56,770 nucleotides of DNA. Origin: a virus. Lineage: Duplodnaviria; Caudoviricetes. Below, one piece after another: positions 1-6,962 of the stretch. The notes beneath the pieces are model-generated. The model was not told the origin of the DNA. It saw nothing but the letters and a program-made list of their open reading frames with translations, and did no database searches. The translations under genes and the position numbers were made by a program. Each line of letters starts with the position of its first letter. The stretch's first letter is position 1. The stretch lies in the IMG/VR virus record IMGVR_UViG_3300045526_000101, positions 1-56,770 of that record; one strand, 5' to 3'.

Positions 1-235
1 CTCCCGACCTATAATTATTCGACTGATGGAATAATTGTCGGGACAATAGGATAGAGGTGATGGAAGTGAACCTCATCTCTATTTCTTCTAGTAGTTCTGA
101 GAAGGTTTTACCTGACAATAGAGCCTCCATCAATTCTTCCTTAGTGGTAACCTTAGGGTCATCAAAATTGCCCTCCAAACGAGCCTTAATGTGGGCATCA
201 GCGATAGCTTTCGCCTGTTTACTTATGCGCTTCAT
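1..235 (-). CDS. hypothetical early protein, runs off the left window edge
   Basis: ATG at 235, open reading MKRISKQAKAIADAHIKARLEGNF... to position 1 without a stop; follows the 240..428 ORF. Confidence 0.6.
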   Translation of the reverse strand, partial: MKRISKQAKAIADAHIKARLEGNFDDPKVTTKEELMEALLSGKTFSELLEEIEMRFTSITSILLSRQLFHQSNNYRSG

Positions 236-239
236 ATTT

Positions 240-428
240 TTACTTTTTAGGGGTTATTAATCCGGCCTCGATTAGATCAACTGCTGTTCTGCCATAGAAT
301 CCTTGCATTTGCCATACTAGGCCAGTATCTAACAGGAATTGGAATGCATCCAGTACTTCCTGTTCTTCGGGTTCGTATCCGCAGAAGCCTTCAATGATGC
401 TACATGCATCGTAAATTGTCATTTCCAT
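240..428 (-). CDS. small conserved phage hypothetical protein
   Basis: 62 aa; LLDTGLVWQMQGFYGRTA..LIEAG motif recalled from small phage early proteins; AT-rich upstream region. Confidence 0.7.
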   Translation of the reverse strand: MEMTIYDACSIIEGFCGYEPEEQEVLDAFQFLLDTGLVWQMQGFYGRTAVDLIEAGLITPKK

Positions 429-466
429 ATAATCAAGTTTTATAGTTTAAAAATTTTAGTTCGGGG

Positions 467-658
467 TTATTCCCAATCAAGTTGCCTTAAAGACATTTTT
501 CCATTCAGCAAATCAGCTAATTCCGCTTTGGAAACTATAGCCACATTCCATCCATCAGATGTGTCGTGGATTTCAAACTGGTCTTCTGAGACTCTGTATA
601 TCTCTCTAGTAATAAGACCAAATTTCCAGTCTTGCCATGTGTCAATAGCTTGTGTCAT
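467..658 (-). CDS. hypothetical early protein
   Basis: 63-aa ORF in a co-directional array, AT-rich leader. Confidence 0.6.
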   Translation of the reverse strand: MTQAIDTWQDWKFGLITREIYRVSEDQFEIHDTSDGWNVAIVSKAELADLLNGKMSLRQLDWE

Positions 659-674
659 TTGAATTAAATTTTAT

Positions 675-733
675 GGTTAAGACCATCGGGGCATTGCCCC
701 TAGGTTTCTGCCATTAGGCGTCATCAGTTAACC
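675..733 (-). ncRNA. hammerhead ribozyme, type I (variant stem II)
   Basis: Minus strand GGUUAA-CUGAUGA-C-GCC-UAAU-GGC-A-GAAA-CC-UA-GGGGC-AAU-GCCCC-GAU-GGUC^UUAACC: full core, 6-bp stem I, GUC cleavage triplet (cut after 681); atypical C.A at the base of stem II. Confidence 0.75.
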
Positions 734-962
734 TTGCGTTCAATTCCATATCGGCTTCCATAAATAAATCACCGAAGGCATCTGTCACCTCTGTAGGGAG
801 GTATTTTTCTATGTGCCTGTATGAACGTACTAGGGCAAAGAATTCGCCAATAAAACTTTTTATCTCCTCTAGTTCGTTATTGCTTAATCTGTCGGCATAA
901 AACTTTTCTGTAGTTATATGCTCCATGTTTTCATTGTGTTTACCATCTCCGTAAATAGCCAT
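714..962 (-). CDS. hypothetical early protein
   Basis: 82-aa ORF; its last codons and TAA lie inside the type I hammerhead. Confidence 0.6.
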   Translation of the reverse strand: MAIYGDGKHNENMEHITTEKFYADRLSNNELEEIKSFIGEFFALVRSYRHIEKYLPTEVTDAFGDLFMEADMELNARLTDDA

Positions 963-1002
963 AGTATTAAATTTTAATTGTTAAAAAATTTCAGTTCGGG
1001 GG

Positions 1003-1077
1003 TTACATACATAACCCTAAGCACATGGCCGCAAATGCTATCAGCAGCCACATAATATCCTGTTGATTCTTTTTCAT
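1003..1077 (-). CDS. 24-aa hydrophobic peptide
   Basis: MKKNQQDIMWLLIAFAAMCLGLCM*; ATGA overlap with the upstream ORF; below the ORF-track cutoff. Confidence 0.5.
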   Translation of the reverse strand: MKKNQQDIMWLLIAFAAMCLGLCM

Positions 1078-1205
1078 ATTGATTCTATTAAGGTTCGTAA
1101 TGATTTCGCCACAATAGACTGAGGGAAGAATACGTAGGCGATAATTTGCGTCATGTCAAAAAGTGCCACCATAAACAGGAGGCCGATAAGTAATTTTTCT
1201 TTCAT
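1074..1205 (-). CDS. 43-aa membrane peptide
   Basis: MKEKLLIGLLFMVALFDMTQIIAYVFFPQSIVAKSLRTLIESI*; first ORF after the type III hammerhead. Confidence 0.55.
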   Translation of the reverse strand: MKEKLLIGLLFMVALFDMTQIIAYVFFPQSIVAKSLRTLIESI

Positions 1206-1236
1206 TGTAATTAGTGTTTAAGTATCTAAAATAGAG

Positions 1237-1290
1237 ACGTTTCGGCCTGTCCTTTGGCCTCATCAGTAGCGGAGGTTTACCGCTATACGC
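1237..1290 (-). ncRNA. hammerhead ribozyme, type III
   Basis: Minus strand GCGUA^UAGCGG-UAAACCU-CCGCUA-CUGAUGA-GGCC-AAAGGACA-GGCC-GAAACGU: canonical core, 6-bp stem I, 4-bp stem II, 4-bp stem III, GUA triplet (cut after 1286); loop I CCU can pair with loop II AGG. Confidence 0.9.
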
Positions 1291-1483
1291 TTTTCACTTA
1301 TTCGGCAAGTGCGAGGCGATAAATCAGCCTGTCTATTCTCCGATATAGTCTCATTCCTTCCGGCTCTAGAGACCCAACAACCTAACTTGAACATGGTCAA
1401 GGTTTGTCGCCTTCTGAACTACTAACAAAGCTTTGGGATGCCTTGTCGCCTCCGTAGAGGGTGTCGTGGATAAGTCCGTTGAC
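1291..1483 (-). ncRNA. structured 5' leader of the early transcript
   Basis: No ORF; successive hairpins (GGA-CUUA-UCC, CCUC-UACG-GAGG, CUUGA..UCAAG, GUCUC..GAGAC, AGGC..GCCU, CACUU..AAGUG); AGGCGACAA occurs twice. Confidence 0.45.
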
Positions 1484-1487
1484 AGAG

Positions 1488-1520
1488 CAAACATACGAAG
1501 CCTGTCGTAGATGCTCCAAA
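1488..1520 (-). promoter_or_regulatory. Bacteroidota primary-sigma promoter driving the early operon
   Basis: TTTG (1520-1517), 21 nt, TATGTTTG (1495-1488); matches the -33/-7 consensus TTTG/TANNTTTG. Confidence 0.75.
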
Positions 1521-1749
1521 TTTATTTTTGTAACATTGTTGCAAATATGGAATCAGCTAAAACAATTAGCTAGTGTTTATGCAGGTTACAGCCGATAAAA
1601 ATTTTTTTGTGTAGTATTGATGGGCATCTAACGGGTACGGGCAACCGAAAACCATGATGAGTACTGATTAAAAACAATATGTTAAAGAAATGTTAATCCC
1701 AAAAATTGTCCAGTTTGGTCAAGCCAAAACTTGCCAGTTCGGGGGCATA

Positions 1750-2070
1750 CTATAGCCTCTTATGTAGTAAATATCTCCGTATATAGGATAAGTAATCTCT
1801 GCCTCTATAGGTAAGGGAATAGAGAGCATCAGAACCCTCAATTAATCCGTATCGGGTAAGAATAGAAACGTTATTAGCAAGGGATGGATAATTGGCCACC
1901 AGTTCCGCCTTCTTGCAGATATTGAATAGCACAATAGTCTTAACTGGCGAATGGGTGCGGATAAGGAATAATAGGGTCAGTTGTAAGGTGGTGAGCCGTG
2001 GTAATTCCATCCGCTTGGATGCCATCCGAATGGAGGCCGGAAGATATAGCAAGTACTTCTCTATTTTCAT
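1750..2070 (-). CDS. winged-helix (MarR-like) DNA-binding protein
   Basis: LTTLQLTLL...NVSILTRYGLIE....YSLTYRGRDY wHTH pattern. Confidence 0.55.
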   Translation of the reverse strand: MKIEKYLLYLPASIRMASKRMELPRLTTLQLTLLFLIRTHSPVKTIVLFNICKKAELVANYPSLANNVSILTRYGLIEGSDALYSLTYRGRDYLSYIRRYLLHKRL

Positions 2071-2510
2071 GGGTATCTTTTTGTGAGATGGTATTGATAT
2101 GAGGAGGAGAGGGGGTTATTGTAATTGGTCAGACATGCGCCCATGTCGCCCCAGTTTCCCCACAGATGCTCCCAATATTCGGGTGGTGAATCCAGTTTTC
2201 CCCGTTTATCTTCACAACCTTGTCACACATGGTTCTTTTTTTAATCCTAAATAATCCGCTACAATGCACACTGGTATTGGCTTTTATTGTTTCTATGTAC
2301 ATAATAGTGCATTAAATTATGTGCCGATTTATCGATTTTGGAATAGCTAAATTGACCCCTACCCAGTCTTATTTTTGCGATTCGCACTTGCGTTGGTGGG
2401 TGGACATATATATGCATTACCCCACCTTCTCACCCACACATCACCTCCATTTTTCTCACTCTTATTTCTCACGACTTTTTGAATATGGCTGTGAGCTCAT
2501 TAGAGGCGAT

Positions 2511-2804
2511 TTAAGACTCCCTCATCATGGCTAGATACCTTACCTTCATCTGTTCTATTTCCTTGTCTTCATGCATCCAATTGGCGTAATGGTTTGCATC
2601 TTCCCAAGAGAAGAATACGCCAATAGTTTGAAAGCCATGTTCGCCATACCTTTCCACCACCCAGGCTTTCTCTAACCACACGGTCTCGTACCAAGAGTAC
2701 TCTGGTATCCAGCAGAACTTTCTTCTAATCCTAACATCTCCTGGGTTGTAACGTTTCCATTTCATATGTAAGGTTATAGCTTTACTTATTGTCTTATTTG
2801 TCAA
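2511..2804 (-). CDS. hypothetical protein
   Basis: 97-aa ORF (true start may be the internal ATG); RRKFCWIP...VWLE motif. Confidence 0.5.
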   Translation of the reverse strand: MTNKTISKAITLHMKWKRYNPGDVRIRRKFCWIPEYSWYETVWLEKAWVVERYGEHGFQTIGVFFSWEDANHYANWMHEDKEIEQMKVRYLAMMRES

Positions 2805-2950
2805 GGGATACCTTTACCCCTGAGCTGATTTAATATGCAACTTTTAATACCCCCAGAGTTGCTAACTGTGCCGCCCTACGATGCGGAATCCGAGTGAGCA
2901 GATCTTACGGTATGCCCGATTCTCTACGTCCGCCTAGCCTCAGCGGCATC

Positions 2951-3026
2951 TGTAGTCAGGACAGGATCTGCCCCTGTATCTCTCACCTACAATGATGAGG
3001 CGTTTTCTACCTTACGCCACCTGACT
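2951..3026 (-). tRNA. degenerate tRNA-like RNA
   Basis: AGUCAGG/CCUGACU 7-bp acceptor stem, GCGU/ACGC D-arm, CUCA/UGAG arm with 10-nt loop, ACAGG/CCUGU T-arm with non-canonical loop GGCAGAU; ends ACA. Confidence 0.6.
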
Positions 3027-3076
3027 ATATGCCTGTCTTTCCAGGCTGTCTGGATACGGATCAAAAACGGGCGATG

Positions 3077-3084
3077 CAAAGATA
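3077..3084 (-). promoter_or_regulatory. -7 promoter box upstream of the tRNA-like cluster
   Basis: TATCTTTG on the minus strand; no clear -33 box. Confidence 0.45.
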
Positions 3085-3353
3085 AACTCCCAACACTCGA
3101 AAATATTGTGTTACCCACGAACGTGGATAAGTAGAAATATGTTTTAAATAGTTTCTCTATTATTGTCAGACATGGTTCCACCTGCTAGGGAGTCTCCATT
3201 TAAAAGGCTGGCTAGGTTTACTCCAAGGGGAGATGTTTAAGCTGATGGCAGGAGCGACAGGGAAACCTGCTGGTTTATCCAGAGCTGCGTGACGGACGAG
3301 AGGTTGACGGTGCAGTATTTCTTCGCAAAGGCTCTTGCCTTTTAAGCGAAGCT

Positions 3354-3851
3354 TTGTTCAGAACTCAAAAGTTTCAGGTGCAGTATATAGCTAGACAGTA
3401 TAGACCCAAAGCCAAGGAGCAGAGTGACCTACTCTGTAAACTAGAGACAATAAGATTGTTCTCTACACACCCAAAGTATAGAGCTGTGATGGCGGAAGAC
3501 TTTTACCCAGATGATCCAAAGGTTCAGTACAGAGCCGACATGATCTTGACTGAGAATGGCGAACATAAGTATAGTCTGGAGGTGGAGCATAAGTGGATCT
3601 GGGATCAGGAGTTCCCCTGGCCGGATGTACAGTTCCTTCCCAGGAAGAAAGAGAAGTGGGACGATCCGAGGTTTACGTATGGTAAGCCAACCCATTTCAT
3701 TATGTATAATCGAGATGCCTCACGGCATCTGGTCATCTTCGATGACACTATACGAAATCTAGAGAACAGAAGAATGGTCAACTGCCAACAGAGGGGGCTG
3801 GAAGAATTATACTACGTACCGCTAGACCAGGTGCATTTTGACTATCTATGA
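3354..3851 (+). CDS. PD-(D/E)XK-like nuclease / hypothetical protein
   Basis: ADMIL...LEVEHK catalytic-like spacing; start uncertain (GTG 3378 plausible). Confidence 0.45.
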   Translation: MFRTQKFQVQYIARQYRPKAKEQSDLLCKLETIRLFSTHPKYRAVMAEDFYPDDPKVQYRADMILTENGEHKYSLEVEHKWIWDQEFPWPDVQFLPRKKEKWDDPRFTYGKPTHFIMYNRDASRHLVIFDDTIRNLENRRMVNCQQRGLEELYYVPLDQVHFDYL

Positions 3852-4099
3852 AAAAACACACTAAAATTTATTTAAAACATTTTGATTATGGTATCGATGA
3901 TTTTATTCCCTGCGAGGCATGCGGAAGTCGTGCTGTTGACATTCACCATATTGATTGTCGGGGTATGGGTGGCAGCAAAGCTAAAGACGAGATCGAAAAT
4001 CTAATGGCCCTGTGTAGGTCATGCCATATAAAGTATGGCGATAAAAAACAATACATAGAATTTTTAAAATCCAAACATCAATGCAGATTAGAAAAGTAG
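3848..4099 (+). CDS. HNH endonuclease
   Basis: CEACG..DIHHI...NLMALCRSCH. Confidence 0.85.
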   Translation: MKKHTKIYLKHFDYGIDDFIPCEACGSRAVDIHHIDCRGMGGSKAKDEIENLMALCRSCHIKYGDKKQYIEFLKSKHQCRLEK

Positions 4100-4725
4100 A
4101 CTTCCCTGCAAGTCAGTACATCCAGGAGGAGCATCCTAAAAAACAGATCTATCTACACCATACTGCTGGTGGGCCGGACGGGGTAAGAACATTTAGCAGT
4201 TGGGCAAATAACAAAGAAAGAATAGCCACCTGTGTAGCCATATCGGGTAAAGGTCGTGGCTGTAAGGATGGAGAAATCATCCAGGGATTTTCTTCCAAGC
4301 ATTGGGCCTTTCATTTAGGTCTGAAGGAATCCACTTTTCAGAAACATGGCGTTAAGTACAAATCTCTTGATAAGATATCTATTGGTATTGAGATCTGTAA
4401 CTGGGGACACCTGACTGAAAAGGATGGAAAGTTTTATAACTATGTAGGCGGTGTTGTGGAGGATGTGATTAAACTTCCTAAGAGTTACAAGGGGCATCAG
4501 TTTTTTCATAACTATACAGATGCTCAGATAGAGTCAACCAGGGATCTATTGTTACTATGGAAAGAGCGTTATAAGATACCGCTTACCTATAACGAAGATA
4601 TATGGGATATATGCCCCCGAGCTCTCGAGGGTAAGGCTGGCGTCTTTACACATAACAGTGTGCGTACAGACAAGATTGACATCTACCCACATCCCAAGAT
4701 GATTGAGATGTTAAAGAGCCTTTAA
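4081..4725 (+). CDS. endolysin, N-acetylmuramoyl-L-alanine amidase (Amidase_2)
   Basis: IYLHHTAG, SIGIEICNWG, HNSVRTDKID Zn-ligand motifs. Confidence 0.9.
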   Translation: MQIRKVDFPASQYIQEEHPKKQIYLHHTAGGPDGVRTFSSWANNKERIATCVAISGKGRGCKDGEIIQGFSSKHWAFHLGLKESTFQKHGVKYKSLDKISIGIEICNWGHLTEKDGKFYNYVGGVVEDVIKLPKSYKGHQFFHNYTDAQIESTRDLLLLWKERYKIPLTYNEDIWDICPRALEGKAGVFTHNSVRTDKIDIYPHPKMIEMLKSL

Positions 4726-4773
4726 ATCTATTAGTATAAATCAACCTTAATATTATATCAATAATTTAGCAGT

Positions 4774-5430
4774 ATGGTGGCGTTATTAATTATACTTACA
4801 ATCAACTCTGTTTCGACACCAGATGGGTACACAAGAATTAAGACAGACTCATTTGGCGAATACCTCAGAAGCTTATCTCTTAAAAAAGACAATACTGTTT
4901 ATTTATACAATGGTAAGAGGAAGGAGAATCAAGACGCTCAGTATGCAGTTATTGATGTTTCTGTAGGGAATAAAGATCTACAGCAATGTGCAGATGCTGT
5001 AATGAGGCTACGAGCAGAGTGGCTGTTTAAGACTGGTCAATATGAGAGAATAGCATTTAAATCGGTGGCTGGTAAGACAATGGCATTTAAACCCCCATAT
5101 ACATATGATAATTTTATAAAACACATGTACAATGTATTCAGCGTTTGTAACAGTTGGAGTCTTGAAAAGGAGCTGATGCCTAAAAGATTGCAGGACGTCC
5201 AAATAGGGGATGTCCTTATTAAGGGAGGTTTCCCAGGTCATGTGGTCATCGTTGTGGATGTAGCAGTAAATAAAAATGGAGATAAGGCATTTATGTTGGC
5301 CCAATCGTATATGCCAGCTCAAGATATTCATATATTAAAAGGAGAGGAAGGCCCTTGGTACTTTGTTAAAGAAGGGACTATTGATACTCCAGAATATACA
5401 TTCTATTCCAATCAGTTAAAGACTTGGTAG
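4774..5430 (+). CDS. DUF4846-like exported protein
   Basis: N-terminal hydrophobic stretch; DLQQCADAVMRLRAE, GGFPGHVVIVVD, LAQSYMPAQDIH motifs. Confidence 0.75.
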   Translation: MVALLIILTINSVSTPDGYTRIKTDSFGEYLRSLSLKKDNTVYLYNGKRKENQDAQYAVIDVSVGNKDLQQCADAVMRLRAEWLFKTGQYERIAFKSVAGKTMAFKPPYTYDNFIKHMYNVFSVCNSWSLEKELMPKRLQDVQIGDVLIKGGFPGHVVIVVDVAVNKNGDKAFMLAQSYMPAQDIHILKGEEGPWYFVKEGTIDTPEYTFYSNQLKTW

Positions 5431-5487
5431 AAAACTAGGTGGATAAATACTATCTAAAATAGAGAGTTAATCTTTAATTTAGCAGGT

Positions 5488-6036
5488 ATGCAATCACCTA
5501 CGAGAATTATCGTACAAATAGATAAAAAGTTTAACGACACGTCTAAAGGCGGTTTATATATTGACACTACTTACAAACCAGAGTATCATGTAAACATATC
5601 TGGTAAAGTAGTGGCGATTCCCAAACGCCTTCCTAAAGATTTTTCCAGAGAAGGGTACTACGCTACAGTTGAGGTTGGCGATAAGCTATACTTCCACTAC
5701 CTGGTAGTTCTAGATCCTGACTGTCATCTTTTTGACAACTATTATACAGTTGATTATTTCCAAGCCTTGGCTACTGTAAAGCCAGATGGCAAAGTTCTTC
5801 CAGTAGGAGAACATATTTTGATAGAACCTATGGAAGAAGAGATAACACATGATACGTTAGTTATCCCCGACCTGGCCAAAAAGGTGTCTCTAAATAAGGG
5901 TAAGGTATTCTCATCTAACGATCCATCTATTCCTAATGGAGCTATTGTAGGATTTGAGGAGCAGGGGAAGTTTGAGAATGAGATTGAGGGTCATACCCTA
6001 TACGTAATGTACAACAATAATATCCTATACAAATGA
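5488..6036 (+). CDS. GroES-like co-chaperonin (two tandem GroES-like domains)
   Basis: SKGGLYI..GKVVAIP..VEVGDKLYF followed by a second PVGEHILIEP..LVIPD..KGKV unit. Confidence 0.65.
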   Translation: MQSPTRIIVQIDKKFNDTSKGGLYIDTTYKPEYHVNISGKVVAIPKRLPKDFSREGYYATVEVGDKLYFHYLVVLDPDCHLFDNYYTVDYFQALATVKPDGKVLPVGEHILIEPMEEEITHDTLVIPDLAKKVSLNKGKVFSSNDPSIPNGAIVGFEEQGKFENEIEGHTLYVMYNNNILYK

Positions 6037-6383
6037 AACAACTAGACGTTCTAATCCGAAAGTTCTACGCACTTAGCGTAATTGCACACGTTGCACACAT
6101 AAACACCAGAAGCTTTTCTCAGCATGAAGCACTGGGTGAGTTTTATGGTGGAGTAAATGATTTTAAGGATCGCCTTATTGAATACCTGGTAGGTACTGGA
6201 AAGATTAATAAGGTTAATGCCGCAATGTTAGAGACTGGTGGAGATGTAATTAAAGAGGCTGAATCTTTGGCTGAATTATTCTGTGAAGTAGCTGAGTCTA
6301 TTGATGATGAGGCTTTGATTAATATGTCTGGAGAGTTTGAAGAAGCTGTGGGTAAACTTAAATACTTATTCCTATTATCGTGA
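6033..6383 (+). CDS. ferritin/Dps-like four-helix protein (DUF5856-like)
   Basis: HINTRSFSQHEALGEFY...D.LIE...KLKYLFLLS. Confidence 0.65.
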   Translation: MKQLDVLIRKFYALSVIAHVAHINTRSFSQHEALGEFYGGVNDFKDRLIEYLVGTGKINKVNAAMLETGGDVIKEAESLAELFCEVAESIDDEALINMSGEFEEAVGKLKYLFLLS

Positions 6384-6625
6384 AGAAGTCACAAATAAAA
6401 CAAATACGAGAGGTGGCTGCAATGTTGCCTCCCGTATTTGAACAAACGGTATCTGGATTCTACGAAGAGGACAACAAGATTGTTCCGAATGTAGTCGTAC
6501 ATGAAATCAATCATGAAAGGAGATTACGAAAGGCATATGAAAAGCTGGGTATGGAAGGCATACACCAGTATTTAGATATGATCAAAAAACTACAGCAAGA
6601 TAGAAGAGATGCCTTTGAACGGTGA
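6380..6625 (+). CDS. hypothetical protein
   Basis: 81-aa ORF coupled to neighbours. Confidence 0.6.
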   Translation: MKKSQIKQIREVAAMLPPVFEQTVSGFYEEDNKIVPNVVVHEINHERRLRKAYEKLGMEGIHQYLDMIKKLQQDRRDAFER

Positions 6626-6962
6626 TGCTATCGAGTCTTTGTTTGATTATGTGGCGATGTCTAAAGGCTTCACTGTCTCTGCACCTCAATCAAACATGGC
6701 GCAATACGACAGAATTATTGATGTGAACAATAAACTATTTAGAGTTCAGATCAAGGGCAGGAGGGGATTAGACAATCAGGTACTTGTTATCCCAAAAAGA
6801 AAACAAGGCAAAGTTCAGTATGGAGATAACGATTACGATGTACTGGCTGTGTATATAGAGAATAATAATTCCTGGTATTTCTATACAGATAAGAAAAAGG
6901 CATTTAAGATCAACACAAATAAAGAAGCACTAAACAACTGGGACATCTTTGAAACGCTTTAA
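6609..6962 (+). CDS. PD-(D/E)XK endonuclease
   Basis: E..F...YDRIID....RVQIK...YDVLAVY. Confidence 0.75.
   Translation: MPLNGDAIESLFDYVAMSKGFTVSAPQSNMAQYDRIIDVNNKLFRVQIKGRRGLDNQVLVIPKRKQGKVQYGDNDYDVLAVYIENNNSWYFYTDKKKAFKINTNKEALNNWDIFETL

Noticed and set aside
458-1745. Repeated AGTTCGGGG(G) as a CRISPR-like array
   Set aside because: Repeat is only ~10 nt with irregular 500-750 nt spacing; no cas genes
2987-3181. 64-aa minus ORF and the 2319-2534 plus ORF
   Set aside because: The first overlaps the promoter and tRNA-like RNA, the second lies in low-complexity DNA; no protein-like features
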